This document shows positions 47,901-56,842 of a stretch of 64,000 nt of DNA, one piece after another; position 1 is the first letter of the stretch, and each line of letters opens with the position of its first letter. The position numbers and the translations under genes were made by a program. The DNA is from an uncultured Bacteroidales bacterium. GTDB taxonomy: Bacteria; Bacteroidota; Bacteroidia; Bacteroidales; VadinHA17. The stretch spans positions 352,361 to 416,360 of the forward strand of contig CAVTPT010000002.1 in assembly GCA_963736675.1 (NCBI GenBank), written 5' to 3'. The notes below the pieces were generated by a model, which did not search any database, was not told the DNA's origin, and worked only from the letters and a program-made list of their open reading frames with translations.

Positions 47901-48654
47901 CGTTTCCTCCGCCACCACCGGAAAAATTCCTCCCCTGCCCTTTTGCATGGTTAGGATAGAGCAGTGCACTATATTCATCGTGAATTGCAATACCTTCCCC
48001 TTTTATTCCTGCATTATTATAGGATAGCGGATAGGAATCATGATTATAAAGTGAATAATTATCCATAACGCATACACCAATGCCAGGTGTCCCCACTCCT
48101 CCCCGGAAACCGGTACCATTTGCATTTATATCACTCTCGAGAGTCAGTTTCCTGCCTGCAATCAAAACGACAACGCCTCCGGTGTTGTGCGTATTGCTCC
48201 AGGGGCGGGCCAGCAGATTACCTGTCACAACAGGAGTGCTGTAAAAAGGGACTTTTATCAGCTGTATATTTCCGATAACATCATAGGTATTCAGAATAGG
48301 ACTTGTAAAAACCACCCTCCTTGTAGCTATTATGACTGTATCAACGAGGAAAAAGTCATACCCTCCGGGTTGCCCGAACCGTGATTGAATATTCAGCCCG
48401 TAAAATGATTGCGTTGTCTGAATGCCAACTCCCTGCATCTGAATAAGGAGCACCGTGTCTCCCGCTGAAAACTGCGAAATCTGGGTAAGGTCGTTAACAG
48501 TAACATAATCAGACCCGAGAGCATTAACCCTTGCATAACTATTGATCGTATCATTTATCTCCTGAGGTAAGGAGAAAGCAGATCCGCAAAAGCCTAAAAC
48601 GAACAAGTGACTTATTATCAGTTTTCTAATATGGCCAGACAATGTGCCTTTCAT
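44956..48654 (-). CDS. 1232-aa T9SS cargo/adhesin: N-terminal domain, Gly-rich domain, six tandem ~95-aa modules, type-B (gliding-motility-associated) C-terminal sorting domain
   Basis: The C-terminus reads GISPDNNGKNDVLTIKGL...IVNNAGVKVYS...WDGKNSGGIDLPEGTYYYLL. The Gly-rich block covers aa ~244-403. Repeats are marked by (Y/F)xW(E/Q)xS...W...(Y/F)(Y/F/K)RR. Confidence 0.75.
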   Translation of the reverse strand: MKGTLSGHIRKLIISHLFVLGFCGSAFSLPQEINDTINSYARVNALGSDYVTVNDLTQISQFSAGDTVLLIQMQGVGIQTTQSFYGLNIQSRFGQPGGYDFFLVDTVIIATRRVVFTSPILNTYDVIGNIQLIKVPFYSTPVVTGNLLARPWSNTHNTGGVVVLIAGRKLTLESDINANGTGFRGGVGTPGIGVCVMDNYSLYNHDSYPLSYNNAGIKGEGIAIHDEYSALLYPNHAKGQGRNFSGGGGGNGKYSGGGGGSNRGLGGDGGDEKFFGGCINPQPGGYGGVSITGTTIQDGIFAGGGGGASTGATGSTASPGANGGGIVIIIADTIEGNNHFIRSDGGTAANALGDAGAGGGGAGGSVVLSFQGFSSQLQVSAKGGNGGINTGGFGSGGGGGGGMIWLSSSSVPSEISASVAYGTPGPALPSEGNGEIKLNFGPKLNGFLFNSIWSVVTGTTTDSICSDTPFGQLNGTRPVGGKAPYVYLWEYSTTSATSGFSAAPGVNNQQHYTPPSVITQTTWFRRRITDASAPAIIDISKPVMIIAHPFIKDNVIGDPDTICYSQDPPALSSVLSVRDGNGVFSFAWESSIDNSNYTSLAAVTENYDPPAGLTQTTWYRRKVISGRCVSTSAAVRINVLENISNNAILTGPQEICTGMIFENIQGTVAPQLSGGDNLYSYRWERSADGTTGWNTAAGVSNAASYNPVENLPPFPGQEYYRRVVYSGSDDVCTSTSGTVLLIQYPVITNNLITSGDQTICAGSVPAGLTGSQPEDGKGPGSYTYTWQSFNKFHTWQDITGYTGVTNPGYSPPALSDSTLYRRIVYSSACSDISPAVAINVHKPVINNSISLLAGGLTDTTICSGALPNRLTGLVPSGGDGTNYAYQWIYSADNLTWNPVASSGTSREYIPGILPQTTFYKRRVTSGACSNESSAGITITVLPTIVNTIPEDLAVCFETPSVPVTGILSGGAGTQYRFLWESSPDGIAWTNVTSDTINTMDGANLQLPLLSSPVKYRRKVWSGPYNTCSGFSNVLDISITPRPYPVYAGEDTIINSFENIYKLQALEPVLGTGTWSVQSSQGVPSFDNQSLYNATVSHLSPSGSNVLLWKVVNGVCELTSTVTVEIMDIQIAEGISPDNNGKNDVLTIKGLDLSVDEISGRPNHLIELIIVNNAGVKVYSTSNINDNEWKPWDGKNSGGIDLPEGTYYYLLTIRSGRIERQIKKSGFVLLKRY

Positions 48655-48726
48655 TGAAACAGGTATGGACTGCTAATATAAATATTTAAATCAACAATTC
48701 AACAGAATTAATTTGTTAACCGGATA

Positions 48727-51700
48727 TCACCTCATTTTTTCCACAGTGTACAACAAGGGATACTCAATAAAAAAGGTGGATCCTTTGTCCGAAGCTGATT
48801 CGAACCAGATTCTGCCGTTTGCACTCTCAACATATCTTTTTACTATTGATAAGCCTAATCCCGTACCTGATGACTTGGTAGTAAAATTGGGGGTGAACAT
48901 TTTTTTCTTAAGTCCTTCGGGAATTCCCGTTCCGTTATCTGAAACAGAAACTATCACTTTATCGTTTCTGATCTCCAGGTTGATCTTAACGATCCCCTCC
49001 CTGCCCTGAGGTATTGATTGGATTGCGTTCTTGACAAGATTGGAAAAGACTCCGTTAAGATGCTCTTTATCGGCATGGATGAACACCCTGCTCTCATGAG
49101 GCCAGCCAATCCTGAAAGTTATATTGTCGCTGTTTTTGAAAAGTTCCAGACTGGTTTTAACCTGGTCGAGAAGGTCCACCTCCACCGGCCTTATTCCCGG
49201 CATCTTGGCAAATGATGAAAAGGCAGTGGCTATGGACGAGAGATTATCAATGTACTCAATCTGATTCCTAGTAAACCTTTCCAGCTTCTTTTCAAAGCCA
49301 GGGACCCCGTCTTTCCACGATTTAAGTAGTTGCTGCACATTCAGTTTCATGGGTGTAAGGGGATTCTTTATCTCATGAGCTATCTGTTTAGCCATCTCCC
49401 GCCATGCATAGTCCCTTTCGGAATCAGTAAGTTTTTTTGCGCTCTCATCCAGCTCATCAACCATCCTGTTATACTGCTTTACCAGTTCCCCGACCTCATC
49501 ATTCCCGTTGTAAGTGAGATGTTCACTCTTCTTTCCCAATTCAACTGATGCCAGACCTCTGCTTAACATCATCAGCGGCGAGGTAAGACGCCCGCTGATG
49601 ATGACTGCGATACTCATGGTAACTACAATGAGAAGCATCATGAAATTAATAACCGCGACAATCATGTTCGAAATCTCCCTTGCAAGCACGCTCTGCATCC
49701 TGAAATATGGAAGATTCAGATATGCAAGCAGCTCATTCCCTGAATTATAAAACGGAACATATGCCGAGATATATTCAAGATTGCCGATCTTTTCGCTGTG
49801 GATAAATTCGCTGCGCGTAAGATAAATAAGGTTATTTGAAGCCAGAATATTCATACGCTGGCTGATCAGATTCCTGTAAAACACTTCAGGTCTTGAAGTT
49901 GCCATAAGGTATCCGTCGCGTCCGTAAAGGTTAATATCAGTATTGAAAATATTCGAAAGTTCAACAAGCATTATATCAAGTGAACTGTATTCACTGCTGC
50001 TCCAGTCTGAAGAAAGGGCCTTTTCTGAAGATATCCTGTTCTCCAGTTCAATATACACTGAATTCAGCTTCTCCTTGATGTTCTCGGTATGTTTTGTCTG
50101 AAATTGTCTTATGGCCTGGGAGGCGATTACTATTCCTATTAAGGCAAATGAAAAAAGCAGTATCCCGATGAAGGCTAACTGAAGTTTCTGCCTGAAGCTG
50201 AAATACCGGGGGTTTTTTAATGCCGGCGGTTTTACTATTATCAATATCAGCGCCGAAGTAATAAAAATAAAAATGAAGAGATACGCAAAAGAAATAACAT
50301 AATCGCCTGCAGTGAGTCTCTTTCTGCTGATAACCGTTGTTATGTTGCCATTCCTGTACAACACATGATTGAATCCTTCCGATTTAAACAGCCTGTAATC
50401 GGTGCTCCTGTCAATATATTCGGCATCTGTCTTATCATATGCGAATTCGCCTGTCATGAGAATTATTTCTCCATTGACATATTTTGCAAATGAATAATCT
50501 TTGAGCCTCGTATATCCATGATATTTTTTATCAATCAGTAGTTCGGGATATCCCGGCTGGAATACGTCTATGTCGCTGTAAAGATCTATATATAAGCCAT
50601 TTGTAATATATTCTCCGGTGGTATAGTACAGGTACCCCAGATAGTTCGACCGTCCCTGCTGGTTGTCAATGAAATAGAAATCAGTACCGGTAAGCTGATG
50701 CCCATATCTGGTGATCCTCTCATTGAAAAATCCGAAACAGTCCTCATAAATCCCGTCACGTGATTCTACCCTCAGTGAATCGTCAGCCCTGCATAAAACG
50801 ATATTCAGGCTAAAGTTACCCCAATAACCGGTAAAATATTCCCTGTGGAGGTAATCCGATATTGCATCAAAATCTTCTTTCTCAAAGTTTCTCACCTTCA
50901 TCATTCTGCCAAGTACCGAATCGATTGAAATATCATCCCATAAATCGAGAAGGAGATGCTCGGCTTCCGGATCATTTTCGGTGGAATATATAACCGCCTG
51001 TATCTTTATTTTTTCTGTTGTCTTCTTCTCCGATAAATATGTAATCATATAAAGAGAATACAGGGCAAAAACAACTGAAAGAAAAACATTCAGATTAAAG
51101 AATCCAGGCTCCCTGTTGCATGAAAACCAGATAACAATTGATGTAAAAATGTATAATAAAACAAGAGGAATTACCGATAATGGTTCTTTGTACATAAAAA
51201 TCACGAATACAGCAAGCGATGTCAGTACTGAAAGCATAATGGTTTGTGTCCTGACCTTCCGGAGATTCCTGAAGATCTTGAATAGATAAAAGAACGGAAC
51301 GAGAAAAAGCAATATCAGTGTGGTAAATCCAGCTATACTGAAGACGTTAAGGTTCAATACCTTAAAGGTCTCGAAATTAATATTTGAATTATAGATAAGA
51401 TGGTTGAAAACCTGGTGGAACAGAAGAAAGAGCAACGCCCCGGGAATCAGCATGATGGTAAGAAATAGATACTCCCTGCCAGCAATTTTTGCTGCCGTAT
51501 CTTTCATTGGAAAATATCTGAGGAAAATATATGAGAAGAGTGCCATAAGAACACTTACCATCATCAGGTGACCAAGAGTAGGGACACCCTTGTTCATATT
51601 GTAGATATAAGGAGAAAACAGATCTGTCTGAATCAGGACTGCAGGTTTCTTAAAGAAAAGGATTACGGCATATATTGCGGAGAAAATTAAAAGAGCCGGA

Positions 51701-52425
51701 ATGAAAGCCATTATTTTCCAATTCCTGCTTATCAGATAATGTACAAGTTCAACTGTAAGGATTAGTAAAAGGATTATGAATAATGTCCACAGAATAAGGG
51801 GAAGTATTATAAAGTTGGTAGTGGTCTTATTTTCGGGATACAACAGCGAAAAAAGAAATGTGTCTTCGCTGTTTGTTACATGGAATGCCGAAGCATTCAC
51901 GTCTCTGCTGAATCCTATGTTACCGGGGACCCCGAAATCCTTTTCAAAACCGTTTTTTATTATGTCGTTTTCAAAGCCATGGTCGGTACTGATCCTCAGC
52001 AGCCCGATAATATTTTCATTCCCGGCCCTCAGGGTCTTTGGCATAAACCACCCGTTCTGCATAAAGACCAGAGGTTTTGCAAAAACAGTATCATTAAGCA
52101 CTCTGGGAACGTCAAAATTATTGTCGGAATAATAGATCAGTTTATTGTCGATATATTCCAATATTGTTATGCTGTTCTCTTCGGCAAGGGTATAAACGTT
52201 GCTTTCCGATTCAGGAGCCAGTGTCTCTCCCCTGGCAAGGAGAGGTTCCATGCCAAGGAGACACTCCTCCATTATTTTTTCCTTTTCCCTGAGTACCCTG
52301 TTAAATCTTTTTGTCAGAAAGCGGTATTCGAAATCACTGAAATAGACCGATTCGGCTATAAGTGCTGTGATGAACACCACAGCAGTCAGTGCGAAAAGTA
52401 ACAACCTGATCCTTTTTTCTTTCAT
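48727..52425 (-). CDS. Large multi-TM sensor histidine kinase
   Basis: N-terminal extracytoplasmic domain, about 8 TM segments, a second extracytoplasmic domain, a HAMP-like linker, H-box HEIKNPLTPMKL, and an ATPase domain (DNGTGIP, GTGLGLSIVKRYVE). Confidence 0.85.
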   Translation of the reverse strand: MKEKRIRLLLFALTAVVFITALIAESVYFSDFEYRFLTKRFNRVLREKEKIMEECLLGMEPLLARGETLAPESESNVYTLAEENSITILEYIDNKLIYYSDNNFDVPRVLNDTVFAKPLVFMQNGWFMPKTLRAGNENIIGLLRISTDHGFENDIIKNGFEKDFGVPGNIGFSRDVNASAFHVTNSEDTFLFSLLYPENKTTTNFIILPLILWTLFIILLLILTVELVHYLISRNWKIMAFIPALLIFSAIYAVILFFKKPAVLIQTDLFSPYIYNMNKGVPTLGHLMMVSVLMALFSYIFLRYFPMKDTAAKIAGREYLFLTIMLIPGALLFLLFHQVFNHLIYNSNINFETFKVLNLNVFSIAGFTTLILLFLVPFFYLFKIFRNLRKVRTQTIMLSVLTSLAVFVIFMYKEPLSVIPLVLLYIFTSIVIWFSCNREPGFFNLNVFLSVVFALYSLYMITYLSEKKTTEKIKIQAVIYSTENDPEAEHLLLDLWDDISIDSVLGRMMKVRNFEKEDFDAISDYLHREYFTGYWGNFSLNIVLCRADDSLRVESRDGIYEDCFGFFNERITRYGHQLTGTDFYFIDNQQGRSNYLGYLYYTTGEYITNGLYIDLYSDIDVFQPGYPELLIDKKYHGYTRLKDYSFAKYVNGEIILMTGEFAYDKTDAEYIDRSTDYRLFKSEGFNHVLYRNGNITTVISRKRLTAGDYVISFAYLFIFIFITSALILIIVKPPALKNPRYFSFRQKLQLAFIGILLFSFALIGIVIASQAIRQFQTKHTENIKEKLNSVYIELENRISSEKALSSDWSSSEYSSLDIMLVELSNIFNTDINLYGRDGYLMATSRPEVFYRNLISQRMNILASNNLIYLTRSEFIHSEKIGNLEYISAYVPFYNSGNELLAYLNLPYFRMQSVLAREISNMIVAVINFMMLLIVVTMSIAVIISGRLTSPLMMLSRGLASVELGKKSEHLTYNGNDEVGELVKQYNRMVDELDESAKKLTDSERDYAWREMAKQIAHEIKNPLTPMKLNVQQLLKSWKDGVPGFEKKLERFTRNQIEYIDNLSSIATAFSSFAKMPGIRPVEVDLLDQVKTSLELFKNSDNITFRIGWPHESRVFIHADKEHLNGVFSNLVKNAIQSIPQGREGIVKINLEIRNDKVIVSVSDNGTGIPEGLKKKMFTPNFTTKSSGTGLGLSIVKRYVESANGRIWFESASDKGSTFFIEYPLLYTVEKMR

Positions 52426-52435
52426 CAGATTATAA

Positions 52436-52521
52436 TTTTTATTTTAATGGCCTGATGGAACCCACATGTCTGAATATTATATACATACTTGTTTGTGTTT
52501 GCATTACATGTGGGTTTCATC
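52436..52521 (-). repeat. ~85-nt hairpin element, copy 2
   Basis: The minus strand reads gatgaaacccacatgt-[38 nt]-acatgtgggttccatcaggccattaaaataaaaa. The stem is 15/16 bp. It ends about 12 nt before the kinase ATG (52425). Confidence 0.7.
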
Positions 52522-52536
52522 TTTTGCTATTTCGGC

Positions 52537-53010
52537 CTACTCGTGATGATAGGGATCTCCTTTGATTATTGTAAACACCCGGTAAAGCTGCTCCAGGAAC
52601 AATAACCGTACCACCTGATGCGAAAAAGTCATCTTCGAAAGTGAAATACCCGTATCGGCCCTGCCGTACACCTCTTCTGAAAATCCCCAGGGGCCTCCGA
52701 TGACAAACACTATCCGTTTGTGCGACGACATAAACATCTTTTCAAGCCATCCGGCGAATCCGGTGGTAGTGAATTCCCTGCCCTTCTCGTCAAGCAATAC
52801 TACAAAATCATCTGACTTCAATGATAGTAATATCCTTTGCCCTTCCCTGATCTTTTGTTCACCGGGAGGCATGCTCTTTGTGTTTTTTATTTCAGGCAGC
52901 ACAATAACTTCAAACGATGAATACTTTTTTATCCTTCCGGAATAGTCTTCTATCCCTACAGCTATATTCTTTTCTGTTGTCCTTCCGTTAAGATATAATG
53001 CAATCTTCAT
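52537..53010 (-). CDS. rlmH: 23S rRNA (pseudouridine1915-N3)-methyltransferase RlmH
   Basis: 157 aa, SPOUT fold, with FVIGGPWGFSEEV...LSKMTFSHQVVRLLFLEQLYR. Confidence 0.85.
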   Translation of the reverse strand: MKIALYLNGRTTEKNIAVGIEDYSGRIKKYSSFEVIVLPEIKNTKSMPPGEQKIREGQRILLSLKSDDFVVLLDEKGREFTTTGFAGWLEKMFMSSHKRIVFVIGGPWGFSEEVYGRADTGISLSKMTFSHQVVRLLFLEQLYRVFTIIKGDPYHHE

Positions 53011-53185
53011 AAATCTGGCGCGACTTTTGCGATGTTAACTGTGTACCGCACTATTTACAAAAATAATAATTAATAGTGTGCAGCCGTAATTATAATTACG
53101 TAGAATGCGGGGAGCCGAATTATTAAAAAATTACGTTACATTTGTTATGTTAACGAAGAGAAACCGGTCAAAAAAATATTTGTAA

Positions 53186-53590
53186 ATGAAATTTTCAAGA
53201 TTATTTCCGGTTGTTGTGCTTTTATTAAGTGCTTTTACAGCCATGGCACAGGAACAGGCCAGAATACCTGCCGGAATTTCTATTGCCATTAAAGCAGGAA
53301 ATGCGGTTGAATTATCAAAGTACATGAATCCGACAGTTGAGCTTCTTCTTCTTGACAAGGAGGATTTCTACAAAAAGAATGTAGCGGAGACAATTCTCAG
53401 TGATTTTTTTAACAGCCATCATGCTGAAGATTTTATTATCCGTCATCAGGGCGCAAAAAACGACGCTCAATATGCCATAGGGAACCTGAAAACAGACCAG
53501 GGAGAATTCAGGGTCTATTTTCTTCTTAAAAAAGTAGGTCAGGAATTACTTATTCATCAGATTCGTATTGAGCCCGATGATGGAAAATAG
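53186..53590 (+). CDS. DUF4783-like secreted protein
   Basis: Signal peptide, then ISIAIKAGNAVELSKYMNPTVELLLLD...FRVYFLLKK. Confidence 0.5.
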   Translation: MKFSRLFPVVVLLLSAFTAMAQEQARIPAGISIAIKAGNAVELSKYMNPTVELLLLDKEDFYKKNVAETILSDFFNSHHAEDFIIRHQGAKNDAQYAIGNLKTDQGEFRVYFLLKKVGQELLIHQIRIEPDDGK

Positions 53591-54422
53591 AATTCTCAGG
53601 GAGTTCATTCTGAAAAGCCTTGAAGAGGATCTTGGAGACGGGGATCATTCATCACTTGCATGTATTCCTGAAGAAAATACCGGGAAAGCCAGGCTGCTGA
53701 TAAAGGAGAATTGCGTCCTTGCCGGTTGCCGTGTGGCAGAAGAACTCTTCAGGGTAATTGACCCTGACCTGGGCTTTGAATTATTTATAAGCGATGGCAC
53801 CCCTGTTTCGCCGGGTGAGATAGCCTTCATTGTTTCGGGCAGTCAGCAATCAATCCTTAAATCGGAAAGGCTCGTCCTGAATATTATGCAAAGGATGAGC
53901 GGAATAGCTACAAGCACCAGGCAGTATACCGACCTCGTAAAGGATCTCAAAACTAAAATTATCGATACCCGTAAGACAACTCCGGGAATGAGATTTCTTG
54001 AAAAGGAGGCTGTAAGGTTAGGCGGAGGGTATAACCACCGGATGGGATTATATGATATGATAATGCTGAAAGATAATCATATAGATTATGCCGGAGGCAT
54101 TGAAACGGCAATAAAAAAAACAAGGGATTATCTCCGCCTTAAAGGGAAGGACCTGAGGATAGAAATTGAGGCCAGAAGCATTGATGATGTAAAAAGGATA
54201 GTTGCATTTGGCGGAATTGACAGGATCATGCTTGATAACTTCGATGTTGCAGCCACCCGCGAGGCAGTAAGTCTTATAGATGGCCGGTTTGAAACCGAGT
54301 CATCAGGCGGGATAACACTCGCAACTGTCAGGTCTTTTGCAGAATGTGGAGTCGATTTCATTTCGGTAGGAGCTCTGACACATCATATCAGAAGTATTGA
54401 TATGAGTTTAAAAGCGATGTAA
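53568..54422 (+). CDS. nadC: Nicotinate-nucleotide diphosphorylase (carboxylating)
   Basis: IIDTRKTTPGMRFLEKEAVRLGGGYNHRMGLYDMIMLKDNH. The start is possibly the Met at 53580. Confidence 0.85.
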   Translation: MSPMMENRILREFILKSLEEDLGDGDHSSLACIPEENTGKARLLIKENCVLAGCRVAEELFRVIDPDLGFELFISDGTPVSPGEIAFIVSGSQQSILKSERLVLNIMQRMSGIATSTRQYTDLVKDLKTKIIDTRKTTPGMRFLEKEAVRLGGGYNHRMGLYDMIMLKDNHIDYAGGIETAIKKTRDYLRLKGKDLRIEIEARSIDDVKRIVAFGGIDRIMLDNFDVAATREAVSLIDGRFETESSGGITLATVRSFAECGVDFISVGALTHHIRSIDMSLKAM

Positions 54423-54424
54423 AG

Positions 54425-55375
54425 ATGCATATTATCGAAGGAGTAAGACGGTTCAGCGGAAGGGAAAAAATAAAAAAACTGGTTTTACCAGGTTTTGACG
54501 GGATCCCTATAGCTGATGTCTTCAGGTTTGTAATGAAGGGATTCAGGAAAGGAGTTCTTGTTACCAGAGCTTCATCCATTGCCTTTAACCTGCTTATGGC
54601 AGTGCTCCCTGCCACAATCTTCATTTTTACACTGATCCCGTTTGTACCGATCCACAATTTCCAGGATGAGTTCATAAAGCTTTTCGAAAATATCCTCCCT
54701 GAAAATGCTTTCAGTTTGCTCGAAAACACTATAGTCGATATTGTTACCAACAAAAGCGGAGGTCTGCTGCTTGTTATGTTCTTTGCAACCATCATATTTT
54801 CAACGAATGGTATTCATGCTGTAATTCATGCCTTTGTTGTCACCTCACATTCTTTTAAACCACGGTCGTGGGTAAATCAGCGGAAAATTTCTGTTCTGCT
54901 CCTGCTGATCGTGATGCTCATGATCTCCACCGCCGGGTTTCTTGTAATCTTCGGAAAAACAGCTGTCAACAGACTGGTTGAGCTCGACATTCTCGAAAGG
55001 AATCTCGTTATCTTTATACTTATTATCCTGAAATGGATAGTGGTTGTCTTACTGTTATTTGTGGCAATTTCATTCCTGTATTATCTTGCACCCGCAAAAA
55101 GGAGAGACTTCAAATTTATCTCTCCAGGCTCAACACTGGCCACTCTGTTATTCATTATTACATCAATGGGTTTTTCGGCCTATGTGAACACATATGGACA
55201 ATATAACAAATTATACGGATGGATCGGATCCCTTATGGTGATACTTATCTGGTTGTATCTTAATTCAATTGCCCTCCTTATTGGTTTCGAACTCAATGTA
55301 AGTATCAAGGAAGCAAGGGCTAACGACCCATGCAATACGGCACAGGTTATCCTCAACAACGAAGTAACTGCATGA
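54425..55375 (+). CDS. YihY/BrkB-family membrane protein
   Basis: 316 aa, about 6 TM segments, with RASSIAFNLLMAVLPATIF and WLYLNSIALLIGFELN. Confidence 0.75.
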   Translation: MHIIEGVRRFSGREKIKKLVLPGFDGIPIADVFRFVMKGFRKGVLVTRASSIAFNLLMAVLPATIFIFTLIPFVPIHNFQDEFIKLFENILPENAFSLLENTIVDIVTNKSGGLLLVMFFATIIFSTNGIHAVIHAFVVTSHSFKPRSWVNQRKISVLLLLIVMLMISTAGFLVIFGKTAVNRLVELDILERNLVIFILIILKWIVVVLLLFVAISFLYYLAPAKRRDFKFISPGSTLATLLFIITSMGFSAYVNTYGQYNKLYGWIGSLMVILIWLYLNSIALLIGFELNVSIKEARANDPCNTAQVILNNEVTA

Positions 55376-55473
55376 TAATGGCCCGCATAAGATTCCTCTT
55401 CATATTTCGATCGCTTTTAAAATTTTACCCTTTTGACGATTTTTTTAATTATTTTTGCCGCCACAAGTGAGCC

Positions 55474-56778
55474 ATGATGAAAAACCTTATCATTATTTCT
55501 CTTCTTCTACTGCTTGCTGGTTGCAATAATGAGCCGGTTGATACATCTCTGCCGGTAGAAACGGCAACGGGTTATTTTGAGAAGATTAAGCTGATATGTG
55601 ACCGCGACAGCGGGAAATTATGGGGTCACGACCTTTATGGTCCCCTGATGTTCGTCGACCGTAAAACCCGCAGGATAACAGCCAACCAGCCTGATAAAAA
55701 CGGCCTCCTCAAGGAAAAGGATGGAGTTTTTACGGGCTTATATCCAAAGGAACTGATCATTAACAATTCAGCCGTCGAGTTTGGTGGTACCATTTTCGCA
55801 ATGACACCGCTTCCTGCCGATGAAGATGAATACTGGATAATTACCAGGTGCCTCCACAGCCTGTTTCACAGATTACAGTTTATGAACGGCATTCCTCCTG
55901 CTATTTATAATGCAGCGAACATGGATGACAAAAAGGCCAGGCTATGGATAAAACTTGAATGGGAAGCCCTGCGTAAAGCAATTATGACAGAGGGTGAGGA
56001 GAGACAGCTGGCCATCCGGGATGCGCTTATCTTCAGGGGATCAAACAGGGAAACATATCCCAAGTATACTGAGGAACAAAACCGGTTCGAGACCTACGAG
56101 GGCCTGGCAACATTTACCGATTTACTACTGTTTTCAGAATCGAAGGAGGAGTTCAACACTCGACTTTTTGAATACCTCGATATTATATACGGATTTCAGT
56201 CTTATTCGAGGTCATATGGCTTTATCCATGGTGCCCTTTATGCAACGCTCCTGAATGACAAAGGGTTTGACTTCGCTGCTGTCAGTACTGAAAATATCGA
56301 CCTTGGTGGACTCGTCGGAGAGCTTTACAATATTGAACTGCCCGAGGTGTGCAGGGATGTTGCAGGCAGCCTGGCATTTAACTACGATGTCGATAAGATC
56401 CAGAGGGAAGAGGAACAGAGATTAAATGACATGAAAGTAAGGTTATACAGACAGGTCAGCATTTATACTGAAAAACCTGTTGTATTCCTTGAACTTGAAA
56501 GTCCTTATTTTGACTTTGAACCCGAAGATGTTCATTCTCTCGATACGATAGGTACCCTTTACAGCTCAATACGTGTTTCTGATAACTGGGGAAAACTGAC
56601 GGTTGACAAGGGTGGATGCCTTGTATCGTACGATTACAAATATATGCGTGTCACCGCAAAGGGGTTAAAAGAAGAGAAGAATCATATTACAGGTGAAGGC
56701 TGGCAGCTGATCCTGAATAACGACTGGGAACTGGTCGTGGTAAATCAGAACTACTTCGTCAGGAAGTTTATGCCATAA
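55474..56778 (+). CDS. Hypothetical lipoprotein
   Basis: Lipobox LLLAGCNN; 434 aa; no family recognised. Confidence 0.5.
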   Translation: MMKNLIIISLLLLLAGCNNEPVDTSLPVETATGYFEKIKLICDRDSGKLWGHDLYGPLMFVDRKTRRITANQPDKNGLLKEKDGVFTGLYPKELIINNSAVEFGGTIFAMTPLPADEDEYWIITRCLHSLFHRLQFMNGIPPAIYNAANMDDKKARLWIKLEWEALRKAIMTEGEERQLAIRDALIFRGSNRETYPKYTEEQNRFETYEGLATFTDLLLFSESKEEFNTRLFEYLDIIYGFQSYSRSYGFIHGALYATLLNDKGFDFAAVSTENIDLGGLVGELYNIELPEVCRDVAGSLAFNYDVDKIQREEEQRLNDMKVRLYRQVSIYTEKPVVFLELESPYFDFEPEDVHSLDTIGTLYSSIRVSDNWGKLTVDKGGCLVSYDYKYMRVTAKGLKEEKNHITGEGWQLILNNDWELVVVNQNYFVRKFMP

Positions 56779-56842
56779 TATCTGCTCCGGATAAAGAAGA
56801 TCCTTAATCGCAGATATTGAATGCAATCCCGCAGGTTTTCTT

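Noticed and set aside
47252-47959. Pro-rich plus-strand ORFs (47252-47641 and 47768-47959).
   Set aside because: They are antisense shadows of the Gly-rich (GGN codon) region of the adhesin gene: CCN read on the opposite strand.
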